From Shigella phage MK-13, in the sequence record MK509462: a stretch of 64,000 bases of DNA. One strand, 5' to 3'. Under the pieces are notes generated by a model that saw nothing but the letters and a program-made list of their open reading frames with translations, ran no database searches and was not told the origin of the DNA. Below are positions 19,802-29,619 of this stretch, piece after piece (within the stretch, counting starts at the first letter, position 1; every line of letters begins with the position of its first letter). The translations under genes were made by a program, and so were the position numbers.

Positions 19802-20543
19802 TTCTATCAGAGACCGCAAGGGGTTTATGAATTACATCCTCAAGAAATTGGGGGCACCCGTAATTCAGATCAACCTCGACCCATCACAGGTGTCCGACGC
19901 TGTCGATGACGCTCTACAGAAATTCTGGGAGTATCACCGCGATGGTAGCCAGGATGCGTTCTTCGTCCATGTCGTTGATGACGACACTATCACGAAGGGC
20001 TACATCGAATTCCCGAAAGATATCGATGACGTCACCGAAGTCATTCCAGGACCACCAATTGAATCTATCGGTAACTGGGCAACCCCTCAGTGGCAAATGG
20101 CGCAGGCTATGTTGGTGCCGAAGTCAGCGCTGGTGTCTATCCGCCTGATCGATTATGTCTCAATGCAGCAGCGTCTGTCCGACATCACCAGTGTGCTGAA
20201 CGTGAAGCGCACCTTCGTGTACAAGAAATTCCAGCGTAAACTCTATCCTCAATTCGCCCTGACGAAGGACGAGGCTCTGGCGTTCAAATGTTTCCAGAAC
20301 ATCGACCCAGAGGTAGAGGGTAATGAAGAAGCATGGAATGACATGTGGCTGAAGGCGTATGCAACAGCTCTGGTAAAACGCCGTTGGGCAGAGGTGCTGA
20401 AGAAGGCAAGAGGCATCCGTCTCCCTGGCGGTATTGAGCTGGATGGTGATACTATGTTCAGTGAGGCTGAAGCGGAGATCGAGCGTTTAGAGGAAGAACT
20501 TCGTACTGGCCAGCAATACCCGATTGACTTCTATATGGGATAA
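19791..20543 (+). CDS. neck protein, T4 gp13-like
   Basis: N-terminus ILKKLGAPVIQINLDPSQVSDAVDDALQKFWEYHRDG and C-terminus WLKAYATALVKRRWAEVLKKARGIRLPGGIELDGDTM...IDFYMG resemble T4 gp13 (ILRRLGAPIINVELTPDQ...; ...WVKDYATALAKE...MMLPGGVTIDGQ...). Confidence 0.7.
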   Translation: MAVNSIRDRKGFMNYILKKLGAPVIQINLDPSQVSDAVDDALQKFWEYHRDGSQDAFFVHVVDDDTITKGYIEFPKDIDDVTEVIPGPPIESIGNWATPQWQMAQAMLVPKSALVSIRLIDYVSMQQRLSDITSVLNVKRTFVYKKFQRKLYPQFALTKDEALAFKCFQNIDPEVEGNEEAWNDMWLKAYATALVKRRWAEVLKKARGIRLPGGIELDGDTMFSEAEAEIERLEEELRTGQQYPIDFYMG

Positions 20544-20545
20544 GG

Positions 20546-20572
20546 AAAGGCGGGTTCCCCCGCCCTTCTTTT
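20546..20572. terminator. bidirectional hairpin terminator (ggcggg-ttcc-cccgcc flanked by A-run and T-run)
   Basis: Sits between convergent genes 19791..20543 (+) and 20571..20783 (-). Confidence 0.55.
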
Positions 20573-20783
20573 AGATTTTCAAATCCAGGTTTCCGTTGCC
20601 ACTACCACGCAGCAGGCCGTCTTCGGTCTTGTCTTTAGAGTTCCACCACTCAATGAAGTCTGTGCCATCCACTTCCTTCACCAGACCGACGATGTCGTAA
20701 TCGCCGCCTCCAATCTTGGCGTCCACACAGATGATTCGGACGCGACGACCACTGCGAACTTCTTTGATGTCTTCCACTTGCAT
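20571..20783 (-). CDS. hypothetical small protein encoded antisense to the late operon
   Basis: 70-aa minus-strand ORF, ATG at 20783 with GAGGA RBS 7 nt upstream on minus strand; no competing + ORF. Confidence 0.45.
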   Translation of the reverse strand: MQVEDIKEVRSGRRVRIICVDAKIGGGDYDIVGLVKEVDGTDFIEWWNSKDKTEDGLLRGSGNGNLDLKI

Positions 20784-20812
20784 GAGTTATTCCTCAAAAG
20801 AATAAACTTCGA

Positions 20813-20820
20813 CTAAATAC
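20813..20820 (+). promoter_or_regulatory. late-promoter-like motif CTAAATAC
   Basis: About 30 nt upstream of ATG 20843, followed by imperfect ataccttcaa/ttgagggtat repeat supplying GAGGG RBS. Confidence 0.4.
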
Positions 20821-20842
20821 CTTCAAAATTGAGGGTATCGAT

Positions 20843-21493
20843 ATGGCCACTTCAAAATATTTCAACGCCACCAATCACCAAGGCACACAGAAGCTGATTG
20901 AAGATTTGGTGCAAGAAATGATTCAGTTGCGTGGGATAGACGTCAAGTATATACCACGTTCCATCGTTGAAAAATTCCCAGTTACCAACGATGCAAACCA
21001 TCGATTCGACCAAGCGTTCGACATCGAAGTTTACATGCAGGATTACCAGGGCTTCAACACCCAGATGTGGGAGAAGTTCGGGGGTATTAATCTACAGGAT
21101 GAGGTGACGTTCTCTATCTCGCGCCGCCGCTTTGCTGAGGTGATAGGCAACGGTGTTGGGATTGAACAACAACCTCAGGAAGGTGACCTGATCTACCTGC
21201 CCCTGGCGAACAAGATCTTCAAGGTCAACAACCCGAACAACGATGAAGACTTCATGCAATTTGGCAAATGGTATACGTTCTCTCTGCCGTGCACGTTGTT
21301 CCAGTACGGCAACGAAAACTTCGATACAGGCGTTCCGGAGATCGACGATATCGACAAACGTCTGTCCATCTTGGACGAAGAGAACGAACCGGACGTGTAC
21401 AAGGATTCTTCTCTACAGACCGACAATGCTTTGGCGGATGTGCTTGAGAAGGGGCTTGCAGTAGACAAGATGAAGATCGACTTTGGAGAATAA
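20843..21493 (+). CDS. neck protein, gp14-like (by synteny)
   Basis: 216 aa between gp13-like and gp15-like genes, as in T4 order 13-14-15. Confidence 0.45.
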   Translation: MATSKYFNATNHQGTQKLIEDLVQEMIQLRGIDVKYIPRSIVEKFPVTNDANHRFDQAFDIEVYMQDYQGFNTQMWEKFGGINLQDEVTFSISRRRFAEVIGNGVGIEQQPQEGDLIYLPLANKIFKVNNPNNDEDFMQFGKWYTFSLPCTLFQYGNENFDTGVPEIDDIDKRLSILDEENEPDVYKDSSLQTDNALADVLEKGLAVDKMKIDFGE

Positions 21494-21495
21494 TC

Positions 21496-22191
21496 ATGGC
21501 CAGACCATTTGAAAATTACTTCTACCATGATTCATTGATGAAATACATCAATCTGTTTGCCACCATTATGTCTGATCTGAAGGTGAACACAGAGCGTGGT
21601 CTTATGGAAGTCCCATTACACATGGCCATCGGGAGACGCAATGACCTCAACAGGAACGTGCCATCCAACATGCTCCCATTTGCGACCTTCTCTTTTGGTC
21701 AGTTTGAGATCAACAAACAGGTGACGAAGACGTACCACAATCGACAATCGACGCCAACAGCCGGGGCGAAGCAGCGAATTCCCCTGATTATCGATTTTGA
21801 GTACAATATCCGAACCAAGAAATTGGTTGAGATGTTACAGGTGCTAGAGCAGGTTTATTCGGTATTCACCCCCTCTCTAGACTGTGGCATCAAGGACAAC
21901 GATACACTACAGCAAGACCAGAAGATCAAGATCCAACTGATTAACCACCAGATGTCCGATAACTGGGAAGGGGATGCTTCTGATTCACCACACGTCGACT
22001 GCTCCTTCATGTTCCAGCTGAGCGGCTTCATCTATGGGTACGACTATTGGGTGGACAACGGTGGTGGCGGGGATCCCAACGGGATCAAAGAGATAATTAT
22101 CGAAATGTCTAATGATTTGAAAACGCCGTGGACGGAACTACCAGAGTGGTTCCGTGTTGACAAAGACGGCGTACATCATCCTGGAGATTGA
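21496..22191 (+). CDS. tail sheath stabiliser / tail completion protein, T4 gp15-like
   Basis: N-terminus MARPFENYFYHDSLMKYINLFATIMSDLK resembles T4 gp15 (FxYFYNSSFRRYATLMGDLFSNIQIK). Confidence 0.55.
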   Translation: MARPFENYFYHDSLMKYINLFATIMSDLKVNTERGLMEVPLHMAIGRRNDLNRNVPSNMLPFATFSFGQFEINKQVTKTYHNRQSTPTAGAKQRIPLIIDFEYNIRTKKLVEMLQVLEQVYSVFTPSLDCGIKDNDTLQQDQKIKIQLINHQMSDNWEGDASDSPHVDCSFMFQLSGFIYGYDYWVDNGGGGDPNGIKEIIIEMSNDLKTPWTELPEWFRVDKDGVHHPGD

Positions 22192-22193
22192 TT

Positions 22194-22895
22194 ATGAGTG
22201 CTATGTCAGAACGCCTATTGTCCACCCTCGGTGCTATCCAAGCGCGGGATGAGGTCGCTCAAGAAGTCATGGAGAAGACCTCGCCTGTGGCTGGAAAAGA
22301 TTATGATCCGGATACAGGCGAATGGTTGGGTGAAAAGCCTGCAGGGTATGAGCCTGTGGTGTTCCCTCCTTCTCTGGACCCAGAAGAGCTGAAGTCCAAG
22401 GAATCTAAGGTTCCAGACTTCGAAGACACGGACGCCACCACCGACTACAAACGCATCCGTGACACGACTTATGCCATGCAGGAAGCCACGATGTTCATGA
22501 TGGGACAGGCGGCCAAACTCGCGACGACCACTGAAGCACCCCGCGCGTTCACAGTCTTCAAAGAGTTGGGCGAACTCATGCGCGGTCTGAACAAAGACCT
22601 GATGGAGAACCAGAAGACCATCAAGGCCGTTACAGGCGACAAAGAGCCACCTCCTGGGGACGAAACAACCGTCGAGGTCACCACGTCCCCTGATGGCACA
22701 ACCACGGTCAACGTCGGCAAACAGGCCAGGTCTTCCCGTGATCTACTGAAGACCATCGAAGACGCCCGTAAACGTGCTGAAGAACGTACTGCAGCGAAAG
22801 CTGCGTCCAAAGGACCTGATCCCGAAGAAGATGTAATCGAAGTTCAGGCAGAGCCGAAGGAAGAAGGTGAAGACGATGGCGTATCAGAAGCGTGA
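22194..22895 (+). CDS. putative terminase small subunit (gp16 position)
   Basis: ORF 22188..22895, ATG 22194; immediately upstream of and overlapping the large terminase; acidic C-terminus; assignment by synteny only. Confidence 0.4.
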   Translation: MSAMSERLLSTLGAIQARDEVAQEVMEKTSPVAGKDYDPDTGEWLGEKPAGYEPVVFPPSLDPEELKSKESKVPDFEDTDATTDYKRIRDTTYAMQEATMFMMGQAAKLATTTEAPRAFTVFKELGELMRGLNKDLMENQKTIKAVTGDKEPPPGDETTVEVTTSPDGTTTVNVGKQARSSRDLLKTIEDARKRAEERTAAKAASKGPDPEEDVIEVQAEPKEEGEDDGVSEA

Positions 22896-25086
22896 TATTG
22901 AATATGCCCCGATAAAGACGGGATTCAAGATTGATGATGTCAGATTGCGTATGGACCAGACGTTCATGCGCAAGCCGTCTGTGCGTGCTCCTCGTGTAGA
23001 GTTGATGTTGACCGACGATCAAGAATCGGAGTTCGTTGAGTGCGCAATGGACGCTCATTACTTCGCCGCCAACTACTACAAGATCACGACCATCGATAAG
23101 GGCTTCATCCTCTTCGATATGCATGATTATCAGAAGCAGCTGTTCCATGACTTCCAGGATCACCGCTTCAACGCCGTGGTTCAGGCGCGTCAGTCTGGTA
23201 AGTGTGTGAAGGGTGACAGCATCGTCGAGGTTTACGATACGTTCAGCCAAGAAGAGTTTAAAGTCACCATCGAGGAGCTTCACAGCCGCTTCGAGGGACC
23301 AAATCACGCCGAGCCACTGAATGCCTTTGGCAAACACGATAAGTTCGTAGACAGCCGCTTCGGCAAGCGTTATTTTGTTCGCTGTGACAAAGGCTGGGTG
23401 CCTATCATCGCCGCGCACAAGACCAAGCCGTACCAAGAGTACGTTGTCATCACTTCCAGTGGTCGTCGTATCAACGTGGCCGATGATCACATGTTCTTCA
23501 ATCAGAACATGAAGGAAGTGTTTGCTAAAGATCTGGTTGCTGGTTCACGGCTAATGACCGAAGAAGGTCTAGAAGAAGTCGTTGAGGTATGGCAGACTGG
23601 TGAGGTGCATCACATGTTTGACCTACAGGTGAAATCTAGTGATCAGCGCTACTACACCAACGGCTTCCTCAGCCACAACACGACAGTCGTAGCAGCGTTC
23701 CTGCTCTGGTATGCGATGTTCCACTCTGACAAAGAGATCGCGGTACTGGCGAACAAAGAGAAGCAGGCGATTGAAATCCTAGACCGTATCCGCAAGGCAT
23801 ACCAGGATTTGCCATTCTTCCTCCAACAGGGTTGCGAGAAGTTCGGCTCCACGCTCATCGAGTTCGAAAACGGGTCGAAGATCTACGCCTATGCGACATC
23901 CTCTGACTCCATCCGTGGTCGATCTGTATCTCTTCTGTATGTAGACGAAGTGGCGTTCATTGAAAACGACTTTGAATTCTGGGAGTCTACATTCCCGGCG
24001 ATTGCATCTGCAGATACATCACGTTGTATCCTGACCAGTACGCCGAAAGGTCAGCGCGGGTTGTTCTACGACATCGTCACCAAGGCGAACCCAGAACACC
24101 CTCAGTACAACGACTTCAAACTCACAGAGGTTCCATGGTATCGTGTTCCAACATACACCAAGGATCCGAACTGGGAATCCAAACAGAGGGCGAAGCTGGG
24201 CGATGCACGTTTCGATCAGGAATTCGGTATCAAGTTCCGTGGTTCTGTAGGATCACTGATACCTGCCAAGTGTCTAGACAAGATGACCTCGAAACTCTAT
24301 CAGGAGCCGAACGAGTTCACCAAGATCTACCACGATTACGATCCGAAGCGCATCTACATGGGTATCGCCGATACAGGCAAAGGTGTGGAGGGGGATTACT
24401 CTGTTCTGACCATCTTGGACATCACAGACTATCCTCACAAGATTGCGGCCAAGTATCGGAACAACACGATACCTCCAATGATGTATGCATACACTATCGC
24501 CGACATGGGCGAGAAATATGGCACGTGTCCGATGTTGGTTGAAACCAACAACGACGTGGGCGGCCAGGTAATCACAATTCTATATCAGGAAATTGAATAC
24601 CCGGAGATCATCTTCACTACCACAGATGCGAAGGGTACTGGCAAACGAATTGGTGGCCGCCGCCCTGAGCCTGGCATCAACACGAACAAGAAAGTGCGTT
24701 CGAATGGTTGTGCTAACCTCAAGGCGCTTATCGAACGTGAGATGCTGGTGGTTGATGACCAAGACACGATAGATGAACTCAGTACATTCGTATGGACTGG
24801 GACAAGGTATGAAGCCGATGATGGTTGTCATGATGACTGTGTGATGCCTCTCGTGCTCTATGCATGGGCGGTGAAACAAGAATGGTTTAGTGATCTCACA
24901 AACTCAAGTATCTCTGTGGACATGAGAGGAAGATTATCTGCGATGGAAGAATCTCAGATGTTACCTTTCGGGGGTGTGCTTTCAACACCAGATCCTCACT
25001 CTATAGAGAGTATCCCAGGGTTTGGTGGAGTTCAGGTGTATGACGAACGCTCTGGCATGTCCATGGAAGAATGGCTGAGACGGTGA
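22876..25086 (+). CDS. terminase large subunit (T4 gp17-like), interrupted by a mini-intein in the P-loop
   Basis: QARQSGK...[intein]...TTVVAAFLLWYAMF reconstitutes the T4 gp17 Walker A SRQLGKTTVVAIFLAHF; downstream ATPase and nuclease regions colinear with gp17. Start at ATG 22876 (GAAGGTGA RBS). Confidence 0.85.
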   Translation: MAYQKRDIEYAPIKTGFKIDDVRLRMDQTFMRKPSVRAPRVELMLTDDQESEFVECAMDAHYFAANYYKITTIDKGFILFDMHDYQKQLFHDFQDHRFNAVVQARQSGKCVKGDSIVEVYDTFSQEEFKVTIEELHSRFEGPNHAEPLNAFGKHDKFVDSRFGKRYFVRCDKGWVPIIAAHKTKPYQEYVVITSSGRRINVADDHMFFNQNMKEVFAKDLVAGSRLMTEEGLEEVVEVWQTGEVHHMFDLQVKSSDQRYYTNGFLSHNTTVVAAFLLWYAMFHSDKEIAVLANKEKQAIEILDRIRKAYQDLPFFLQQGCEKFGSTLIEFENGSKIYAYATSSDSIRGRSVSLLYVDEVAFIENDFEFWESTFPAIASADTSRCILTSTPKGQRGLFYDIVTKANPEHPQYNDFKLTEVPWYRVPTYTKDPNWESKQRAKLGDARFDQEFGIKFRGSVGSLIPAKCLDKMTSKLYQEPNEFTKIYHDYDPKRIYMGIADTGKGVEGDYSVLTILDITDYPHKIAAKYRNNTIPPMMYAYTIADMGEKYGTCPMLVETNNDVGGQVITILYQEIEYPEIIFTTTDAKGTGKRIGGRRPEPGINTNKKVRSNGCANLKALIEREMLVVDDQDTIDELSTFVWTGTRYEADDGCHDDCVMPLVLYAWAVKQEWFSDLTNSSISVDMRGRLSAMEESQMLPFGGVLSTPDPHSIESIPGFGGVQVYDERSGMSMEEWLRR
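23203..23679 (+). mobile_element. mini-intein (159 aa, no homing-endonuclease domain evident) inserted after Lys of the terminase Walker A motif
   Basis: Begins with Cys (TGT 23203..23205) directly after SGK; block A CVKGDSIVEV; block B-like GRRINVADDHMFF; C-terminal HMFDLQVKSSDQRYYTNGFLSHN ending His-Asn (23674..23679) followed by +1 Thr (ACG 23680..23682). Confidence 0.8.
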
Positions 25087-25089
25087 TCA

Positions 25090-25096
25090 CTAAATA
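25090..25096 (+). promoter_or_regulatory. late-promoter-like motif CTAAATA
   Basis: About 43 nt upstream of sheath ATG 25139. Confidence 0.4.
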
Positions 25097-25138
25097 ACTT
25101 TCAAATTGAGCGAAACTCTACCGAGAAGGAATAAGATT

Positions 25139-27034
25139 ATGGCAACTCAAAGCTTCAGCGTTGCGCCGTCCGTACAGTGGACCGAGCGTGATGCCACGCT
25201 TCAGACGTCTCCATCCGTTGTTGTTCAGGGTGCGACCGTCGGTAAATTCCAATGGGGTGAAGCAGAACTCCCTGTGTTGGTCACTGGTGGTGAAACTGGT
25301 CTGGTGAAGAAATTCTTCAAGCCAAACGATGCAACTGCCACCGACTTCCTGGTGATTGCTGACTTCCTGTCTTACAGCTCTGTTGCATGGGTGACCCGTG
25401 TGGTCGGTCCGGCGGCACGTAACGCTGTAACCAAAGGTCAGACTGCAATCCTTATCCGTAACAAACTGGACTTCGAAACCGCGTCCCCATCTGCGTCTAT
25501 TACCTGGACAGGCCGCTATGCTGGCTCCCTGGGTAACGACGTTGCGATCAACGTGTGTGATGCTGCTGGATTCCCGACTTGGGAATTCCGTAACAACTTC
25601 GCCTATGCTCCACAGGCTGGCGAATACCACATCGTCATCGTTGACAAAGTCGGTCGCATCACAGATTCTTCTGGCGCTGTTGGTCAGGTTGATCGTATCT
25701 CTGTATCCGGTACGGCTACTGGTGCAGGCTCAATCTCTGTTGCTGGCGAAGACGTGGCGTACACTGACACTGACACCCCGGCCACCCTGGCGACCAAAAT
25801 CGGCACTGCGTTGACGGCTCTGACTGACGTGTATTCTTCTGTTGTCGTGAAGTCCAACACCGTCACCGTCACTCACAAAGCAATCGGTCCTCAGGCTGTG
25901 ACTGCTATCGTTCCTGATGCGAACGGTCTGACTGCGACTGCAGTGATCACCACTGTTGGTGCTTCCGGTTCCATTATTGAAAAATATGAACTGATGCAGC
26001 TGACTCAGGGATCCAAGAAATCTGACGGCTCCAATGCGTACTTCAAAGATGTGATCAACGACACCTCCAACTGGGTGTACACCTTTGCAAGCACTCTGAC
26101 CGCTGGCGTGACTGAGCTGGAAGGTGGTGTGGACGACTACACTGGCAACCGTGTAGCGGCTATCGAAGCCCTGAACAATGCCGAAGCATACGATGCCAAG
26201 CCTGTGTTCGCATACTGTGAAGAACTCATCGAGCAGCAGACGCTGATCGACCTCTCCACCGAGCGTAAAGACACCGTGTCCTTCGTGTCTCCTCTGCGTG
26301 ACGTTGTGGTCGGCAACCGTGGTCGTGAGATGGACGATGTCGTTGCTTGGCGTGAAAGCCTGGTGCGTGACTCTTCCTACTTCTTCATGGACGACAACTG
26401 GGCGTATGTGTACGACAAGTACAACGACAAGATGCGTTGGATCCCTGCGTGTGGTGGTACGGCGGGTGTTTGGGCACGTAGCATTGAGATCGCGGGTATC
26501 TACAAATCCCCTGCGTTCCACAACCGTGGCAAATACAACAACTACAACCGCATGGCGTGGTCTGCGTCTTCTGACGAACGCGCTGTCCTGTATCGCAACC
26601 AGGTTAACAGCATCGTTACCTTCTCCACTGAAGGCATCGTTCTGTACGGCGATAAGACTGGTTTGACTCGTCCGTCCGCGTTCGACCGCATCAACGTTCG
26701 TGGCCTGTTCATCATGGCCGAGCAGAACATCGCTGCCATCGCCAAATACTACCTTGGTGAGAACAACGATGAATTCACTCGTAGCCTGTTCAGCAACGCT
26801 GTACGCCCATACATCCGCCAGCTGGCCAACATGGGTGCGATCTACGATGGTCAGGTGAAGTGCGACGCCGACAACAACACCGCCGACATCATCGCTGCGA
26901 ACCAGATGGTTGCGGGTATCTGGTTGAAACCAGAATACTCCATCAACTGGGTGTATCTGGACTTTGCTGCAGTACGTCCGGACATGGAGTTCAGCGAGAT
27001 CGAAACTGGCGGTGGCATCGTAGCCGCTTCCTGA
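25139..27034 (+). CDS. tail sheath protein, T4 gp18-like
   Basis: ORF 25106..27034, start ATG 25139 (AAGGA RBS). VGKFQWGEAELP matches gp18 AGKFQWGPAFQI; C-terminal KYNDKMRWIP...LYGDKT...PSAFDRINVRGLF matches gp18 KYNDVNRWVP...LYGDKT...PSPFDRINVRRLF. Confidence 0.85.
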   Translation: MATQSFSVAPSVQWTERDATLQTSPSVVVQGATVGKFQWGEAELPVLVTGGETGLVKKFFKPNDATATDFLVIADFLSYSSVAWVTRVVGPAARNAVTKGQTAILIRNKLDFETASPSASITWTGRYAGSLGNDVAINVCDAAGFPTWEFRNNFAYAPQAGEYHIVIVDKVGRITDSSGAVGQVDRISVSGTATGAGSISVAGEDVAYTDTDTPATLATKIGTALTALTDVYSSVVVKSNTVTVTHKAIGPQAVTAIVPDANGLTATAVITTVGASGSIIEKYELMQLTQGSKKSDGSNAYFKDVINDTSNWVYTFASTLTAGVTELEGGVDDYTGNRVAAIEALNNAEAYDAKPVFAYCEELIEQQTLIDLSTERKDTVSFVSPLRDVVVGNRGREMDDVVAWRESLVRDSSYFFMDDNWAYVYDKYNDKMRWIPACGGTAGVWARSIEIAGIYKSPAFHNRGKYNNYNRMAWSASSDERAVLYRNQVNSIVTFSTEGIVLYGDKTGLTRPSAFDRINVRGLFIMAEQNIAAIAKYYLGENNDEFTRSLFSNAVRPYIRQLANMGAIYDGQVKCDADNNTADIIAANQMVAGIWLKPEYSINWVYLDFAAVRPDMEFSEIETGGGIVAAS

Positions 27035-27112
27035 TGGAACATGCCCTCTTCGGAGGGCAATTTCATTGAAGGCACTAATTAGAATTGTGTAACTCTTTTT
27101 GGAGAATCTATA

Positions 27113-27646
27113 ATGGCTACAGTTAATGAATTTCGCGCGGCCATGTCACGTGGGGGCGGCGTACAACGTCAGCACCGCTGGCGTGTGACCGTCAACTTCC
27201 CAGCATTCGTAGCTGGCGCAGATACCATTCGCGACGTGTCTCTGTTGGCAGTAACAACCAACACTCCTACTGGTCAGCTGGGTGAGATCCTTGTGCCTTG
27301 GGGTGGTCGTGAACTTCCATTCCCTGGTGATCGTCGCTTCGAAGCGCTTCCTATTACGTTCATCAACGTCGTGAACAACTCTGCTTACAACGCCTTTGAA
27401 GTTTGGCAGCAGTACATTAACGGAAGCAACAGCAACCGTGCGGCGGCGAATCCAGATGACTATTTCCGTGACGTGATCATGGAGTTACTGGATGCGAACG
27501 ACAACGTCACTAAGACCTGGACTCTGCAGGGTGGTTGGCCTCAGAACCTCGGCCAGCTGGAACTGGATATGTCTGCAATGGACTCATATACTCAGTTCAC
27601 TGTCGATCTGCGTTACTTCCAGGCCATTTCTGATAAGTCCCTGTAA
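27113..27646 (+). CDS. tail tube protein, gp19-like
   Basis: 177 aa directly after sheath gene; GGAGA RBS; size and position as T4 gp19. Confidence 0.6.
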   Translation: MATVNEFRAAMSRGGGVQRQHRWRVTVNFPAFVAGADTIRDVSLLAVTTNTPTGQLGEILVPWGGRELPFPGDRRFEALPITFINVVNNSAYNAFEVWQQYINGSNSNRAAANPDDYFRDVIMELLDANDNVTKTWTLQGGWPQNLGQLELDMSAMDSYTQFTVDLRYFQAISDKSL

Positions 27647-27659
27647 TGTCCTCAGTGCT

Positions 27660-27678
27660 GGGGGAATCTTATTCCCCC
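27660..27678 (+). terminator. hairpin gggggaa-tctta-ttccccc (attenuator-like, no U-tract)
   Basis: Stem-loop between tube and portal genes. Confidence 0.3.
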
Positions 27679-27712
27679 TCACTAATTACAAGAAAATGTT
27701 GAGGACTTAATC

Positions 27713-29404
27713 ATGGCATTCGGTAATGGTGCATTCGGTAACGGGTTCTTCGGTCTGTTCGGTACTGGCGGGAAGATTGAAGCCCCGGTAGACACCGACA
27801 AACTGGTAACGAACCAAGAAGAGAAGTTGCTTTCAAAAGCGGCTGTTGTTGCGCTGGACGATGCTCAGGATGGTTCTATCATCTTGCAGGGCGGTGCCAA
27901 CACATTCAATTTCGTAGGCGTTGAGAGTGAACTACTCAGCGTCAAACAAGTCGTCGAAGAATATCAGTCTATGGCTCAGCAACCTGAGATCCGTAAGGCT
28001 GTCGATATTATCGTGAACGACGTCGTCACCTGTGAAGAGGATGAGACTCCCGTCACAATCAATCTGGAAAAGGTTGAAGGCATCGACGACTCCATCAAAG
28101 AAAAGATCAATGATGCCTTCAAGGAAGTTCTTGAACTCATGGACTTCAACAACACCGCATATCAAAAGATCCGTCGTTGGTATGTAGAAGGTCGTCAAGC
28201 ATACCATGTTGTCGTAGATCCAAAGAACAAGAAAGGTGGTATTGCCAAACTGGTGATGCTGGATTCGCGCTGCATCCGCCCTGTATACATCGTGAAGAAA
28301 GAAGTTCGCGACGGCATCGAGGTAATTGGAGAAGTCAAACTTCAATACTACTACAACCCGAACTACAACCGCAATCAGTTTACTGGGCAATCGGGCACGT
28401 CTCAGAACTTCCAGCCGTCACAGCAGGAACTGGTGTTTGATGAAGAAAGCGTTGTCTACATCGACAGTGGTGAAGATCCGTTGGCCAATGGGGTTATCCC
28501 AGGCTTGCTGAACCCTGCTATCCGTCCCCTGAACAACCTCGTTACAACTGAGGATGCGACGGTCATCTACGCCATCACGCGTGCTCCAGAGAAGCGAGCG
28601 TTCTATCTCGACGTGGGTACTCTGGGTAAGAAGTCTGCGGAAGAGTATATGCAGGCGATGATGGGTAAATTCAAGAACCGTCTGGCGTATGATCGCACCA
28701 CTGGTAAAGTGGCAGGCAATACCCATCTGATGGGTATCGCTGAAGACTACTGGTTGCCGCGCCGCGAAGGGCAGAACGCAACGGAGATATCCAACGTAGG
28801 TGGCGGCGATCAACTGGGTCAAATGGATCATGTGGTATACTTCCGCGAGAAGCTCTACGAGGCTCTGATGATCCCTAAGAGCCGCCTCCAAGAGGAAGGT
28901 TCCATCAACATCGGTGGTTCCAATCTTGCCGAAATCACCCAGGAAGAACTGCGCTTCAACAAATTCTGCGCAGGCCTGCGCCGTCGTTATTCAGGATTCT
29001 TCCTTGAACTTCTTCGTCGTCAGCTGATCCTGAAGAACATCACTGACCAGACTGATTGGAACGAAAAGATCAAGCCGTTTGTCAAGTTCGAATTTACATC
29101 TGACAGCTTCATTCGTGAGCAGCAGGAAAACGAAATCCTGGCGCAACGCATGTCTGCTCTTGGTCAGATCGAACCGTACATTGGCACCCTGTTCTCTATC
29201 GATTATGCTCAGCGCAATCTGCTGCGTATGTCTGACGAAGACATCAAAGATCAGCAAGAGAAGATCGCGCAAGAGAAGAAAGAAGGCAAATATCCTGAAG
29301 TGCAGGCAGATGAATCAGGCGGCTTCGGCGGCGGTGAAGTCAGCCCACTGAAATTCAGACCTAACGTCATCCCAGCGACTAACCCTCCTGGTGGTGAAGA
29401 ATAA
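27713..29404 (+). CDS. portal vertex protein, gp20-like
   Basis: 563 aa in gp20 position between tube and prohead-core genes; GAGGA RBS. Confidence 0.65.
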   Translation: MAFGNGAFGNGFFGLFGTGGKIEAPVDTDKLVTNQEEKLLSKAAVVALDDAQDGSIILQGGANTFNFVGVESELLSVKQVVEEYQSMAQQPEIRKAVDIIVNDVVTCEEDETPVTINLEKVEGIDDSIKEKINDAFKEVLELMDFNNTAYQKIRRWYVEGRQAYHVVVDPKNKKGGIAKLVMLDSRCIRPVYIVKKEVRDGIEVIGEVKLQYYYNPNYNRNQFTGQSGTSQNFQPSQQELVFDEESVVYIDSGEDPLANGVIPGLLNPAIRPLNNLVTTEDATVIYAITRAPEKRAFYLDVGTLGKKSAEEYMQAMMGKFKNRLAYDRTTGKVAGNTHLMGIAEDYWLPRREGQNATEISNVGGGDQLGQMDHVVYFREKLYEALMIPKSRLQEEGSINIGGSNLAEITQEELRFNKFCAGLRRRYSGFFLELLRRQLILKNITDQTDWNEKIKPFVKFEFTSDSFIREQQENEILAQRMSALGQIEPYIGTLFSIDYAQRNLLRMSDEDIKDQQEKIAQEKKEGKYPEVQADESGGFGGGEVSPLKFRPNVIPATNPPGGEE

Positions 29405-29441
29405 TTCGACTAAGTATAGAAAACATTTAGAGGATATGAAC

Positions 29442-29609
29442 ATGGCCGCTATCGATCTGGTAAAAGCAATCATCGCTGGTGACACCGATGCTGCTGTTGC
29501 TGAATGTCAAACTGAACTGTCTGCTCGCGCCCAAGAACTCGTTCAACAGGGCACCGCATATGTCATGAACTCTCTGAGTCAAGACATGTCTCCTGCGCAA
29601 GACGAATAA
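29442..29609 (+). CDS. small prohead core protein (gp67-like position)
   Basis: ORF 29391..29609; ATG 29442 is 7 nt after AGAGGA; small acidic protein between portal and protease as in T4 (20-67-68-21). Confidence 0.35.
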   Translation: MAAIDLVKAIIAGDTDAAVAECQTELSARAQELVQQGTAYVMNSLSQDMSPAQDE

Positions 29610-29619
29610 GGAGAGCATC

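Noticed and set aside
22708-23490. 260-aa minus-strand ORF antisense to the terminase gene
   Set aside because: Entirely embedded in a confidently identified + strand gene (terminase/intein), no RBS, composition typical of antisense read-through. The same applies to other long antisense ORFs (25730..26521, 30524..31252, 40053..40961, 54577..55392, 59843..60586, 60837..61457, 61765..62481, 42063..42704).
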